A stretch of DNA of 64,000 bases from an uncultured Clostridia bacterium (GCA_944390345.1 CALXPP010000006.1:3353-67352); one strand, 5' to 3'; positions 50,138 to 59,941 are shown, numbered from the stretch's first letter. Notes: generated by a model from the sequence alone, not told the origin. Made by a program: numbers and translations.

Positions 50138-50836
50138 TTAACTTGATAAAATCCAATTTACTATCTGTTTTTTTATTTCAAAATATTCATTTTCTTCAAA
50201 CTGCATATTAGCTATACAATATCTTCTATTAGAAATATGTGAACAAAACATACACTCATATAAGCTATTACAATCTTGTATAAAAAAGGAATTACTTATT
50301 TTAGCAGAACAAATAACATTATAGCTATTCATGCAACTGCCAGAGTCATCTACTCTTATACAATAACTTGATTTTCCTGTTCTCTGTGATGCTATTATAA
50401 ATTCTGAATTGGAACAACCATCTGAAAAAATTGTATTTTTACATTCTCTGCAATCTAAAGATCTATATATATTTTCAGAATTATATATAGTATCACTTTC
50501 TGCTACATTTATTGAATTGTAAATTCTTTCTGTAGTAGTATAGTTTATTTTTTTCCAAATTTTTATTACATCTTCTAAACTATTAATTTTTCTTTTTTTA
50601 ATCATCCAGCCATGTTGTTTATCATATTTTTCCATATTCTTTTGAGTAATAAATCTTGTAGGATTTATGGATTCTGCCCAAGTTTCTTCTCCTGTTAATG
50701 AATCTAAAACTTTACCAGGAAGCTTTATGTCAAATGCAAATTTAGAAAGTATCTCTTCCATAGTAAATGGATTCTTTTTTTCAAAAATACTAATAAATAT
50801 TTTATCTGCAATTAGCTTTGCTTCCTTTTTATCCAT
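50138..50836 (-). CDS. Cys-rich repeat protein of unknown function
   Basis: 232 aa. The C-terminal half has repeated C/S-x-N-S-type units and ends in CMFCSHISNRRYCIANMQFEENEYFEIKKQI. It overlaps the ATPase gene by 8 nt. Confidence 0.5.
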   Translation of the reverse strand: MDKKEAKLIADKIFISIFEKKNPFTMEEILSKFAFDIKLPGKVLDSLTGEETWAESINPTRFITQKNMEKYDKQHGWMIKKRKINSLEDVIKIWKKINYTTTERIYNSINVAESDTIYNSENIYRSLDCRECKNTIFSDGCSNSEFIIASQRTGKSSYCIRVDDSGSCMNSYNVICSAKISNSFFIQDCNSLYECMFCSHISNRRYCIANMQFEENEYFEIKKQIVNWILSS

Positions 50837-52703
50837 TTGTAACCTTCTTTCTTCCTGTTGACTGAGAAGCCATTAAATCTTTTATACTTATGCTAGGATT
50901 TATATTAAAATCTTTTCTTTTAGGAAGTCTTATTCTTGGTTTCGTTTCTATTGGGCCTAAAATTTTTTCTTGTCTTTTGGGTGGAATTGACACAAAATCT
51001 AAAGTTTTTGCTTTAAAAGCTGGCAAAACCCTTCCATTTGAGCTTATTCTCAATATACATTCTCTGTTTGCAAGCTCCATAAGCATTCGTGTTTTTGCAA
51101 AATATGAATTATGTACTGCTACCTCCATTTGCAAATTTCCACTAAGCACTATTGCATCTTCTCTTGAGACTCTAAAAACAAAATAATTATTAACATTAGA
51201 AAATATCGCTTTTTGAAGTTCTTCACTTACTTGATTAAAATATTGTTGTGCTAAAATTACGGATAAATTATATTTTCTAGCCTCTGATAGAAATCTCTTT
51301 ATTAAAGGATTTTCTATTACAGCAACCTCATCTATTATTAAAATAATATGTTCAGAAAAAGAATATTTTTGAATCAGTTGTAAAATTTGGCTCATTAATA
51401 AACTAGATATTGTTTTTGTTGTTCTTTCTCCTAAAACAGCTTGATTTAACGAAATAATAGATAAAAAATTTTTCCTTATAGCCTCTTCTAAATTTCTTTT
51501 TATTTTTCCATCATTTTTAAAAGCAGGCAGAGTTTGAATTTCATCTATAAAAGAAATAATTGGAGAAATTGCTTCTTGATAAGAACTCGTTTTTAGTTCA
51601 TTAAAATCTAGTGAAAAAAATTCTTTTACATTTATTGGAACCTTTTCATTTCTAATACAAGTATTTCTATATTCTATTTCTAAAATTAATTTTCTTAAAT
51701 TATTAAAAGACATTTTTTTATTTATCAAAAGTAAAATTATGCAATGTCTTAAAACTCTTTCTAATTTTGAATTATATATATCTTGAAGAAGATTTTTAAA
51801 TAATGATAAAGTAAGTTCTGTTGCAGTTGATATATCTATGTTTGAGTTCAAAAATAAATTTAGACTTTCTTCTACTGTTTTAAAATTAAAAATTTCCGTT
51901 CCTTCTAAACCTCCTATATCATTTTCCATATCACTATGTGGATCTATTACTATTACTTTATATTTCATCCTATAATTACTATTTTTGTGTAAATTACAAA
52001 TAAAAGAACTTATTAATTTCGATTTTCCTGTTCCACTACCTCCAACAACTAAAGAATGTTTATCAAAATCAAATTTATTTAAATTTAAAAAATAATTTTC
52101 TTCCAAATATGGAAAAGTATCTATTTTTAGAAAACTATTCTTATTATCACTTTCAAAAAGATGTATCGTTTTTTGTATATCTAAATATCTGCCAACATCT
52201 TTTCTATATAAAAATCTAGTATGTTTTGAAAAATCAATAGACAAAAATAAATGAGGTATATTAAAAATTGCTTTCTTACATATTTGCCTTTTATTTTCTT
52301 TTTCAAATACTAAATATGTCTTTGATAAATAATTATTTTTGCAGTAAGGTGTAAAAAAAATAACTGTCTCTTTTAATACTCTATTAAATTTAGTTTCATT
52401 TTTATCATAAACATCAATAATATTTCTTTCCTTATTTGTTACACAATAAATATTTTTACAAATCTTTCTTTTTATATTCTCATCTGATTTTTTTATAAGA
52501 AACTCTGGCAGATCACTAATAATAGTAGGAAGAGTTTTTTTAGTTTCTAAAAAGTATCGTACATTGTTTTTTTCTATCTTCACTGATATTTTAAATTCTT
52601 TAAAATATCCATTTAACTTACCTATGGCAAGTATAAATTTAAGCCATGAATCTTCTGATACATAGTTACTCGTAAAAAATATTTCAGAAACTTGTTTACT
52701 CAA
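50829..52703 (-). CDS. HerA/FtsK/TraD-like P-loop ATPase with a unique ~210 aa N-domain
   Basis: Walker A VVGGSGTGKSK, VIVIDPHSD, Walker B IILIIDEVA, and SEARKYNLSVILAQQY, which resembles coupling-protein/DUF87 ATPases. Confidence 0.7.
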   Translation of the reverse strand: MSKQVSEIFFTSNYVSEDSWLKFILAIGKLNGYFKEFKISVKIEKNNVRYFLETKKTLPTIISDLPEFLIKKSDENIKRKICKNIYCVTNKERNIIDVYDKNETKFNRVLKETVIFFTPYCKNNYLSKTYLVFEKENKRQICKKAIFNIPHLFLSIDFSKHTRFLYRKDVGRYLDIQKTIHLFESDNKNSFLKIDTFPYLEENYFLNLNKFDFDKHSLVVGGSGTGKSKLISSFICNLHKNSNYRMKYKVIVIDPHSDMENDIGGLEGTEIFNFKTVEESLNLFLNSNIDISTATELTLSLFKNLLQDIYNSKLERVLRHCIILLLINKKMSFNNLRKLILEIEYRNTCIRNEKVPINVKEFFSLDFNELKTSSYQEAISPIISFIDEIQTLPAFKNDGKIKRNLEEAIRKNFLSIISLNQAVLGERTTKTISSLLMSQILQLIQKYSFSEHIILIIDEVAVIENPLIKRFLSEARKYNLSVILAQQYFNQVSEELQKAIFSNVNNYFVFRVSREDAIVLSGNLQMEVAVHNSYFAKTRMLMELANRECILRISSNGRVLPAFKAKTLDFVSIPPKRQEKILGPIETKPRIRLPKRKDFNINPSISIKDLMASQSTGRKKVTNG

Positions 52704-52747
52704 TTACAACATCCCCTTTCTCTAAAATTATACCACCTCAAAAATAA

Positions 52748-52787
52748 AACAAACTGACTTTTTGTATACAAAAAAAATCAGTTTGCT
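52748..52787 (-). terminator. long hairpin downstream of the AraC-type gene
   Basis: caaactga..tttttgtatacaaaaa..tcagtttg, followed by a T-run on the minus strand. Confidence 0.55.
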
Positions 52788-52800
52788 TATATTCTTCTTT

Positions 52801-53614
52801 TTATATTATTTCTATTGGTACTAAAAATTCTGTAATATTATCATGATAATATTCAAGCTCTGGTAAGCTCTTTATAGAAAAATCTACACTTTTTATAAAT
52901 TTATTATAAAAGTCTTGTGAAATTTTTTGAATCATTTTTGGATCTTGAGAATTAATTTTAAAAGATAACCATTTACTAGATGGTATTATGTACTTTTTAA
53001 ATTCTTTTTCCGGAACTTCATAATCGTACAGTACCCAGTATTCAAATTTCACGCTTTTAAATCTATTTTCATATACTACCATACCATAAGGAATTTCTCC
53101 ATACTTTCCTTCGTATTTTTCTGAAGCTTCTTTGAAAAATTTTGGTGCATCTATTTTTATATCTTTTTTATTAGTTTTTATACCAACTCCATACAATATC
53201 ATTTCTTTCTTTTCTATAATACTGTACTCCATACTATTTTCATCAATTTTGTTTTCTTCAAAATACAGTTTTGAAAAAACTTTTAAATTATGCTGCATTT
53301 CTTTTACTTTACTAGGCTTTATTCCATGAAACTTCTCAAAAGCTCTAGAGAAAGCTGTAGCACTATTATATTGATATTTTACTGCAACTTCCATTACTGT
53401 ATATTTCCCGATTTAGTAAATCTGCCCCTGCTTTTGTAAGTCTTCTTTTTCTTATATAATCTGCAATTGAGCAATCACATAAGAAAGAAAATAATTTTTG
53501 CATAGTATTTTCGTTTACACACATAATTTTAGATAATATTTTGTAATCAATATTTTCTTCTAAATTTTCTTCTATATAATCTATCATTTCATTTAAAACT
53601 TTATTAACCTTCAA
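52801..53614 (-). pseudogene. AraC-family regulator with a GyrI-like effector domain, frameshifted
   Basis: ORF 53366-53614 carries the first HTH. ORF 52801-53394 begins mid-way through the second HTH (VAVKYQYNSATAFSRAFEKFHGIKP) and continues into a GyrI-like domain. The junction is near 53385-53400. Confidence 0.75.
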
Positions 53615-53714
53615 TTTTTATTTCCTCAATTCTATTTTTATATTTGACTTTTTCTTTTTTTATGTGTATGATTATATCATAATTATTTTGTTTTATATAT
53701 AAGTGGAGGAAAAT

Positions 53715-54182
53715 ATGTCTAAATTTTTAAAAATATTCTTATTGACTACTATTTTTATATTATTAGCTTTTCAATTTAGTTTTGCAACAGAACCTACAGG
53801 AGAAATGCTTACTCAGCAAATGGAACAAACCGAGCTTATGTCAGAAAACTCTATTGGTGAGCCAGCTACAACTGCCGATTCAAATAATGCTTTAAGTGAT
53901 ACTTCTACTAATAACTTAGATAATAGTTTAAATAATGCCTTAAATACTTCTGCAGATACTAATACTACTAATACAGAAAACACAAGTAATACTAATGAAG
54001 AAGAAACTTCTTCTACAAGTAGTTCTCTTTCATCTGGTTCTCAAGTAACTGGTGTAAGTAATAGATCTAGTCTTCCAGAAGCAAATTTAGGTTTAAACAA
54101 TATATTGAGTATTCTTTTGATTGCAATTGGTTTTCTTTTAATTTTATTTGCTATTGCAATTTTAATTAGATTAAAAAAATAA
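53715..54182 (+). CDS. secreted S/T/N-rich low-complexity protein with a sorting-signal-like C-terminus
   Basis: ATG at 53715 sits 5 nt after GGAGG. Signal peptide is MSKFLKIFLLTTIFILLAFQFSFA. The C-terminus is LPEAN, then a ~25 aa hydrophobic stretch, then RLKK. Confidence 0.55.
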   Translation: MSKFLKIFLLTTIFILLAFQFSFATEPTGEMLTQQMEQTELMSENSIGEPATTADSNNALSDTSTNNLDNSLNNALNTSADTNTTNTENTSNTNEEETSSTSSSLSSGSQVTGVSNRSSLPEANLGLNNILSILLIAIGFLLILFAIAILIRLKK

Positions 54183-54194
54183 AATTAATTAATA

Positions 54195-54226
54195 AAAATC
54201 GCCTGCATTTATGCAAGCGATTTTTA
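54195..54226. terminator. bidirectional terminator
   Basis: aaaatcgcctgca-ttta-tgcaagcgatttt. Confidence 0.6.
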
Positions 54227-54703
54227 TTAATTGTTTTTTGTATCTTTATTTTGAACTGCATAATACCAAATTGCAGATAATATTATAATTCCTGCTACTG
54301 CAAAAATTATCCACATCCAAGTATTTGTTGTCATTCCAGCTATTGTATTATCAGCATTTGTAGATGCACTAGTTGTTGTTCTAGTAGTACTATAATTATT
54401 TCTATTTTCTGTTACAGCTCCTGATACATCTCTTACTCCATTTTCTATTTTTTGCCCCATATCTCTAGCACCATTTTCTATTCTTTGTCCCATATCTTTG
54501 GCACCATTTTCCATCTTTTGCTCTGCTTCCATAGTTCCATTTACTAAATTTTTTGCACTGTCTTCTGTTTTATCAAAAGATCTTGTTATTTCATTTCCTA
54601 AATTTATGTTATTAGAACCATTGTCCTCATTTGCAAAACAAACACTAAAAACAACTGAAAGAATGACTGCTACAAGAATTGAAACTAAAAACTTCTTTGT
54701 CAT
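54227..54703 (-). CDS. membrane-anchored protein with 11-aa tandem repeats
   Basis: Signal/TM N-terminus, ENGAKDMGQRI / ENGARDMGQKI / ENGVRDVSG repeats, and a C-terminal TM. Confidence 0.5.
   Translation of the reverse strand: MTKKFLVSILVAVILSVVFSVCFANEDNGSNNINLGNEITRSFDKTEDSAKNLVNGTMEAEQKMENGAKDMGQRIENGARDMGQKIENGVRDVSGAVTENRNNYSTTRTTTSASTNADNTIAGMTTNTWMWIIFAVAGIIILSAIWYYAVQNKDTKNN
54438..54503. repeat. 33-bp tandem repeat (2 full units plus a degenerate third) inside a CDS
   Basis: ccattttctattttttgccccatatctctagca / ccattttctattctttgtcccatatctttggca. Confidence 0.6.
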
Positions 54704-54938
54704 ACTTTCCTCCTAAATTACATATAATATTTGTGAAAAATTTTTTCACATTTTTAGTATTGTTTTTTAAATAAAAAATATGCTAACAATATTAACCGAA
54801 AAAATAAAATTTTTCTTCCTAATTTATTTATAAAAGAAAAAATTTTAAGTATATATTTTTTTAATATACATATATTTTACTAGTAAATATTAAGCTAATT
54901 TGAAAGGAGGAATACTAGATAAAACTAGTATATAAAAA

Positions 54939-56144
54939 ATGAAAAAAATTATCCTTTTATTTTCAATACTTATTTTTATAAATCAAAGTTTTTGTTATGG
55001 AACTTATTTAACAATTCCAACTTGGAATGAAAATACTGGCACCACTGAAGTTAATGCCGAAGCGGCAGATAACTTTTTAAATATAGAGGCTGAAAGTGCA
55101 ATACTAATAGAACAAAATACTGGTAAAGTTTTATATGAAAAAAATGCAAATGAACAACTTAGGCCAGCTAGTGTTACTAAAATTATGAGTATATTACTTA
55201 TTATGGAAGCTTTAGATAGTGGTAAGATTTCGCTAGACACTAAAATTTCTTGCTCAGAAAAAGCAGCTTCAATGGGTGGATCTCAAATTTGGCTAGATGA
55301 AACAGAAAGCTTAACTGTAGATGAAATGCTAAAAGCTATTTGTGTGGTATCTGCAAATGATTGCGTAGTAGCTATGGCAGAATATTTAGCAGGCTCAGAA
55401 GAAGCTTTTGTAGAACAGATGAATAACCGTGCCAAAGAGCTTGGAATGAAAAACACTGTATTCAAAAATTGCCATGGAATTGATGAAGATGGGCATTTAA
55501 CTACTAGCTATGATATTGCATTAATGAGTAGAGAACTTTTAAAAAATCATCCTTCTATAACTAAGTATACTACTATTTGGATGGATTCCTTAAGAGATGG
55601 AAAGTCAGAGCTTGTAAATACTAATAAATTAATTAGAACTTACGAAGGTGCTACAGGCTTAAAAACAGGTTCTACTTCTTTAGCTTTATATAACTTATCA
55701 GCTAGTGCTACTAGAGATAATCTTTCTTTAATTGCTGTTGTTATGAAAGCTCCATCTACTAAAATTCGTTTTTCATCAGCTAAAACTTTATTAGATTATG
55801 GTTTTAATACTTACGAATATAAAAAACTTGCTGAAAAAGGCTCTATTTTGCAAAGTATAGAAATTGCTAAAGGTACAGAAAATCAAATAAATCTTGTGTT
55901 TGAAAATGACAGTGGTGCACTTTTTAAAAAAGCTTCCTCTAATAATCTAGAACAAACTGTAACTATTAATGAAAATATTACAGCTCCAATATCTAAAGGT
56001 GATATTCTTGGAAAAGTTACTTATTCTTTAGATGGCGAAGCTGTAAGTGAAGTGAATCTTGTTGCAGAGACTGATGTAGGAAAAATAAATTTTGAAAATA
56101 TGCTAGAAATTATAACCCAAAAATGGATTAATTTGTTAAGATAA
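54939..56144 (+). CDS. D-alanyl-D-alanine carboxypeptidase (S11, PBP5/DacB/DacF type)
   Basis: Signal peptide, SVTK (SxxK), SAND (SxN) and KTGST (KTG). Confidence 0.9.
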   Translation: MKKIILLFSILIFINQSFCYGTYLTIPTWNENTGTTEVNAEAADNFLNIEAESAILIEQNTGKVLYEKNANEQLRPASVTKIMSILLIMEALDSGKISLDTKISCSEKAASMGGSQIWLDETESLTVDEMLKAICVVSANDCVVAMAEYLAGSEEAFVEQMNNRAKELGMKNTVFKNCHGIDEDGHLTTSYDIALMSRELLKNHPSITKYTTIWMDSLRDGKSELVNTNKLIRTYEGATGLKTGSTSLALYNLSASATRDNLSLIAVVMKAPSTKIRFSSAKTLLDYGFNTYEYKKLAEKGSILQSIEIAKGTENQINLVFENDSGALFKKASSNNLEQTVTINENITAPISKGDILGKVTYSLDGEAVSEVNLVAETDVGKINFENMLEIITQKWINLLR

Positions 56145-56163
56145 ATTAAAAAATCATCCCAAA

Positions 56164-56206
56164 AAAGAAATGATTCTTTAATAAATAAAGATCATTTCTT
56201 TTTTTA
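56164..56206. terminator. bidirectional terminator
   Basis: aaagaaatgat ... atcatttcttt, flanked by A- and T-runs. Confidence 0.6.
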
Positions 56207-56812
56207 AAATAAACTAGAAATGGTGTCTACTAAGCTTTCTCCATTCATATATAGAAATCCAAATACTGCTCCACAAAGAGCTCCAAGCAAATGTCCAATA
56301 TGTGATATTCCATCATTTGCTTTTAAATCTTTTATTTCTCTAAAAACATAGAAAATAAAAATTAATATAAAAGTTATAGGTATTTTTCCAGCTTGAATAT
56401 TTGAAAAAGAACTTAATATAATAAGCATAAATACTATACAACTTGAGCCTTTTAATTTTATTCCTCCTCTAATAAAGTTAAATACACCTACTACAAAAGC
56501 TGTAATTAATATCATTAAGAGTAAATCTATTGTACCGTATTTTTCTTCTATCATTGGTCCTACTAGTAAAATAATAATATAATTATTTATTAGATGTTCC
56601 CAATTAGAATGTCCTAATATATGAGTAAATAGTCTTAAATATGTTAAAGGATTTAAAAGTGAACTTCTATAAGAACTAAAAAGCAAAGTATCACTTTTTC
56701 CATTTGTAAAATATTTTAATATTAATGCTACTACTGATATAGCAAACATAGTTAATATTAAAACAGAATTGTATTGAAAATAGTCAACAAAATTATTAAT
56801 TTCAACAATCAT
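56204..56812 (-). CDS. rhomboid-family intramembrane serine protease
   Basis: HSNWEHLINN, GSSCIV (GxSx) and HIGHLLGALCG (catalytic His helix). Confidence 0.85.
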   Translation of the reverse strand: MIVEINNFVDYFQYNSVLILTMFAISVVALILKYFTNGKSDTLLFSSYRSSLLNPLTYLRLFTHILGHSNWEHLINNYIIILLVGPMIEEKYGTIDLLLMILITAFVVGVFNFIRGGIKLKGSSCIVFMLIILSSFSNIQAGKIPITFILIFIFYVFREIKDLKANDGISHIGHLLGALCGAVFGFLYMNGESLVDTISSLF

Positions 56813-56824
56813 CTTTTTTCCACC

Positions 56825-57940
56825 TTAATATATAAGTTCATAAGTAATATCTCCATTTATATAATAACCTGTATTATCAACTGAAAATAACATAAAAGGC
56901 TTCATATAAATTATGTCTCCATCTTTTGGAGATAAACTGTTTATTGCATCTAGAGTAATATTTATCGCTTGAGAAATCATAATAATACCTGTATTTTCAT
57001 AATTATAAGATACTAGAGTATTTAATCCTTCTTTTGTTCTATCAAATATTGTTGTATAACCTACATCTTCTCCAGTAGTTGTACAACCAAAATCTACACT
57101 TGTTCCTTTTTCCTTATTTAGAGTAAAAATTATACCAATTCTTTCTAAAGTAGAACCTTTTATATCATAATTTTCAAATTTTTTAGTTTCTGTAGAATAA
57201 ACTTGTTTTGTCATATCTTTTGCATAATGCATTCCTTCTACAACTCCTACTATAGAATTATCTAGTTTTTCTAAATTCATACTAATTCTATTTCCTGGCT
57301 CTACTGTAATTTCACTATTATAAACAGCAGTATAAATTCTATCCACTGAAGCACTCTCGTATAAAACTCTCTCTGTACTTATAATATCTCCATTTTCATT
57401 TATCCAATAAGAAAATCTACCATGAGTACTATCATCATAAGCTTCAAACTTGTATTTCCAAACTTTAAAATTATTATCTTCTTCTATTTCTAAAAATTTT
57501 CCATCATTTATTTGTATTGTAACTAAATTATTGTTTACTGTATTATCTTGTGTCCATATGGTTTTTACCTCTCTTGAGTCGTAAAAATCTGTTAATAAAA
57601 CTTGTCCTATTTTTTCTCCATTGTGAGTAATTATACCATTTGGTAAAAGTTTTAAATTTTCTACCTCATCACTCAAAATATTATTTTCACTATCTATAAT
57701 ATTTAACTTTTCTAAGTACGCTATAGTCTCTTCTGTTGTTACATTTTTTCCAATGCTTTCTTTCAAATTTGCTTTTTCTCTTTGTATTTGAGTTGCAATA
57801 TTATTTATTTCTTTTAAAAGCTTTTCATTTGAGCTACTACTTTGATTTACCGTGCTAAATATTACTAATCCAACAACTACCACAAAAGCAATTATAATAA
57901 TTATTATTAAAGTTATACCTTTTTCATTTGTAATCTTCAT
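56825..57940 (-). CDS. hypothetical exported protein with a prepilin-like KGITLI N-terminus
   Basis: MKITNEKGITLIIIIIIAFVVVVGLVIF, then a soluble domain of no recognised family. Confidence 0.5.
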   Translation of the reverse strand: MKITNEKGITLIIIIIIAFVVVVGLVIFSTVNQSSSSNEKLLKEINNIATQIQREKANLKESIGKNVTTEETIAYLEKLNIIDSENNILSDEVENLKLLPNGIITHNGEKIGQVLLTDFYDSREVKTIWTQDNTVNNNLVTIQINDGKFLEIEEDNNFKVWKYKFEAYDDSTHGRFSYWINENGDIISTERVLYESASVDRIYTAVYNSEITVEPGNRISMNLEKLDNSIVGVVEGMHYAKDMTKQVYSTETKKFENYDIKGSTLERIGIIFTLNKEKGTSVDFGCTTTGEDVGYTTIFDRTKEGLNTLVSYNYENTGIIMISQAINITLDAINSLSPKDGDIIYMKPFMLFSVDNTGYYINGDITYELIY

Positions 57941-58020
57941 ATCTTTTTCTCCAATATTATTTTATAAACTTATTTTACTATATATTTTTGTTTATAACAA
58001 TAATTTTTAAGCAAAAATAA

Positions 58021-58040
58021 AAAAACCCCTTAGGGTTTTT
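58021..58040 (-). terminator. rpmE terminator
   Basis: The minus strand reads AAAACCC-taag-GGGTTTT, followed by a T-run. Confidence 0.6.
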
Positions 58041-58073
58041 AATTAGCTAATTAATTTTTATTTAATCGATATA

Positions 58074-58274
58074 TTATGCAATACCGTATTTTTTCTTAAA
58101 TTTATCAGCTCTACCACCAGTAGTATTTTGTTTTAAGCTTCCTGTCCAGAAAGGATGACATTTTGAACAAACATCAACTTTAATTTCTGGTTTTGTTGAA
58201 TTTGTTTCGATTATGTTTCCACAAGCACAAATAATCTTAGAAGCTGTATACTTTGGATGTATTCCTTCTTTCAT
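58074..58274 (-). CDS. rpmE: 50S ribosomal protein L31 (zinc-binding type A)
   Basis: MKEGIHPKY.., C-x-C .. [10 protein letters not shown]. Confidence 0.95.
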   Translation of the reverse strand: MKEGIHPKYTASKIICACGNIIETNSTKPEIKVDVCSKCHPFWTGSLKQNTTGGRADKFKKKYGIA

Positions 58275-58374
58275 CTATTTCACCTCTTTCTCCACTTTAT
58301 CTAAACAATCTTTATTATTGTAACACAATTATTTTTATTTTGCAAGTTTTTTTATTTAATATTCTATTCAATCT

Positions 58375-58623
58375 TTAGTTAATATATACTACAGTAGAAT
58401 CAGTATTTTCTACTTGATTTTCCATATTTTGAACACCATCTATATATTCGCTCTGTGTTTCTTCCTCTTTATTGTTAAAAATAGATGATAAGCTTTCCCC
58501 ACCTACTATACTTTGTAATTCTATTTTTAAAGAGGTTTTATTTACAATTTTATAAGTTATATTAAATAGGCAAGCTATAACACATATAACTAATAAAAAT
58601 TTTTTCCATACTTTTGCTAGCAT
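58375..58623 (-). CDS. small membrane-anchored hypothetical protein
   Basis: 82 aa with an N-terminal TM. No family recognised. Confidence 0.4.
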   Translation of the reverse strand: MLAKVWKKFLLVICVIACLFNITYKIVNKTSLKIELQSIVGGESLSSIFNNKEEETQSEYIDGVQNMENQVENTDSTVVYIN

Positions 58624-58818
58624 AAAGAAACTCCTTTCAAGAATTAATTTACATTCTTATTATACTATATTTATAGTAAAAGTCAATATTTTGTTTTGCT
58701 TTTTATGTTAACTTTTTCTATTTTTTTCATTTTTTTTTAAATTTTACTTGTTTTTTTAATTTTTTTGTGTTAAACTGTTTAATAGTCAGTTTATTAAATT
58801 AATTGGAGGTGCAAAACA

Positions 58819-59019
58819 ATGGCAAAATGTGCAATTTGTGATAAGAAAACAAGTTTTGGAAATCAATTAAGTATTACTCGTTCACATATTAGCAAAAGAA
58901 CAACTAGAACTGTTAAACCAAATCTTAGAACTGTTAAAGCTCTTGTTAATGGTGAACCAAAAAAAATAACAGTTTGTGCTAAATGCTTACGCTCAGGAAA
59001 AGTTAAAAGAGCAAACTAA
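58819..59019 (+). CDS. rpmB: 50S ribosomal protein L28
   Basis: MAKCAICDKKTSFGNQLSITRSHISKRTTRTVKPNL, with GGAGG upstream. Confidence 0.95.
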   Translation: MAKCAICDKKTSFGNQLSITRSHISKRTTRTVKPNLRTVKALVNGEPKKITVCAKCLRSGKVKRAN

Positions 59020-59058
59020 AAGTAAATTCAAAACGATCGTTTTTTTATTAATAAATTT

Positions 59059-59090
59059 AAAAGAAGATACTTTTAAAAGTATCTTCTTTT
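59059..59090. terminator. perfect 16-bp palindrome terminator
   Basis: aaaagaagatactttt/aaaagtatcttctttt. Confidence 0.7.
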
Positions 59091-59105
59091 AAATTTTGCA
59101 AAAAC

Positions 59106-59183
59106 TTATGTAGATTTTATACCAAATATAAATTTAACTATTCCTCTCAAAGCTTTAGGAACTTTTTTTACAACTATTTGCAT
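59106..59183 (-). CDS. spoVM: SpoVM-like 25-aa peptide (not in the ORF track)
   Basis: ATG at 59181-59183 sits 7 nt after GGAGG. MQIVVKKVPKALRGIVKFIFGIKST resembles B. subtilis SpoVM (MKFYTIKLPKFLGGIVRAMLGSFRKD, from memory). It lies next to rpmB. Confidence 0.6.
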   Translation of the reverse strand: MQIVVKKVPKALRGIVKFIFGIKST

Positions 59184-59195
59184 AAACATACCTCC

Positions 59196-59351
59196 TTAAT
59201 CTCCCAATAAAAACTTAATACCACATACTACAAAGGCTATTCCCATAATTATTAGCCAAGCCTGTAAAGGAAGGAATAATATAAGTAATATCCCAATACC
59301 AAACCCAATTAAACACCCAGATATAATTTTTCTAAATTTGCAAAAAAACAT
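59196..59351 (-). CDS. 51-aa two-TM peptide (not in the ORF track)
   Basis: ATG at 59349-59351 sits 6 nt after GGGAGGG. The sequence is MFFCKFRKIISGCLIGFGIGILLILFLPLQAWLIIMGIAFVVCGIKFLLGD. Its stop overlaps the SD of the spoVM-like ORF. Confidence 0.45.
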   Translation of the reverse strand: MFFCKFRKIISGCLIGFGIGILLILFLPLQAWLIIMGIAFVVCGIKFLLGD

Positions 59352-59488
59352 TTTTATCCCTCCCTAGTATAATATATTCTATATTTATTTTTATGTGAAC
59401 AATTCTATATATTACTTATAAATTAAATTGAATTATATCTAAATTTATGGTATATTATATTTAAATTTTATTTAAGAAAGGTTTTGAA

Positions 59489-59941
59489 ATGGAAAAGATT
59501 ATTGCCAAAAACCCAAGTGCATATCACAATTATTTTATAGAAAATACTATAGAAGCTGGAATTGTACTAACTGGAACAGAAATAAAATCTATACGAAATG
59601 GAAAAGTAAATATAAAAGATTCCTATGTAAATATAAAAAATGGTGAAATATGGATTTATGGTATGCATATTAGCCCTTATGAATTTGGAAATATTTTTAA
59701 CAAAGATCCTCTACGCACTAGAAAATTATTGCTTAATAGGCATGAAATCAATAAATTAACAGGTCAAATAAAACAAAAAGGTATCTCTTTAGTACCAATA
59801 TCTATGTATTGGTCTAAAAACAAAGTAAAGCTTGAAATTGGCATTGGAAAAGGAAAAAAATTATACGACAAAAGAGAAGATATGGCAAAAAAAGAAGCCC
59901 AAAGAAAGATAGAACGAAGCCTTAAAAATTATAATAAATAA
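59489..59941 (+). CDS. smpB: SsrA-binding protein
   Basis: [34 protein letters not shown]. Confidence 0.95.
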   Translation: MEKIIAKNPSAYHNYFIENTIEAGIVLTGTEIKSIRNGKVNIKDSYVNIKNGEIWIYGMHISPYEFGNIFNKDPLRTRKLLLNRHEINKLTGQIKQKGISLVPISMYWSKNKVKLEIGIGKGKKLYDKREDMAKKEAQRKIERSLKNYNK

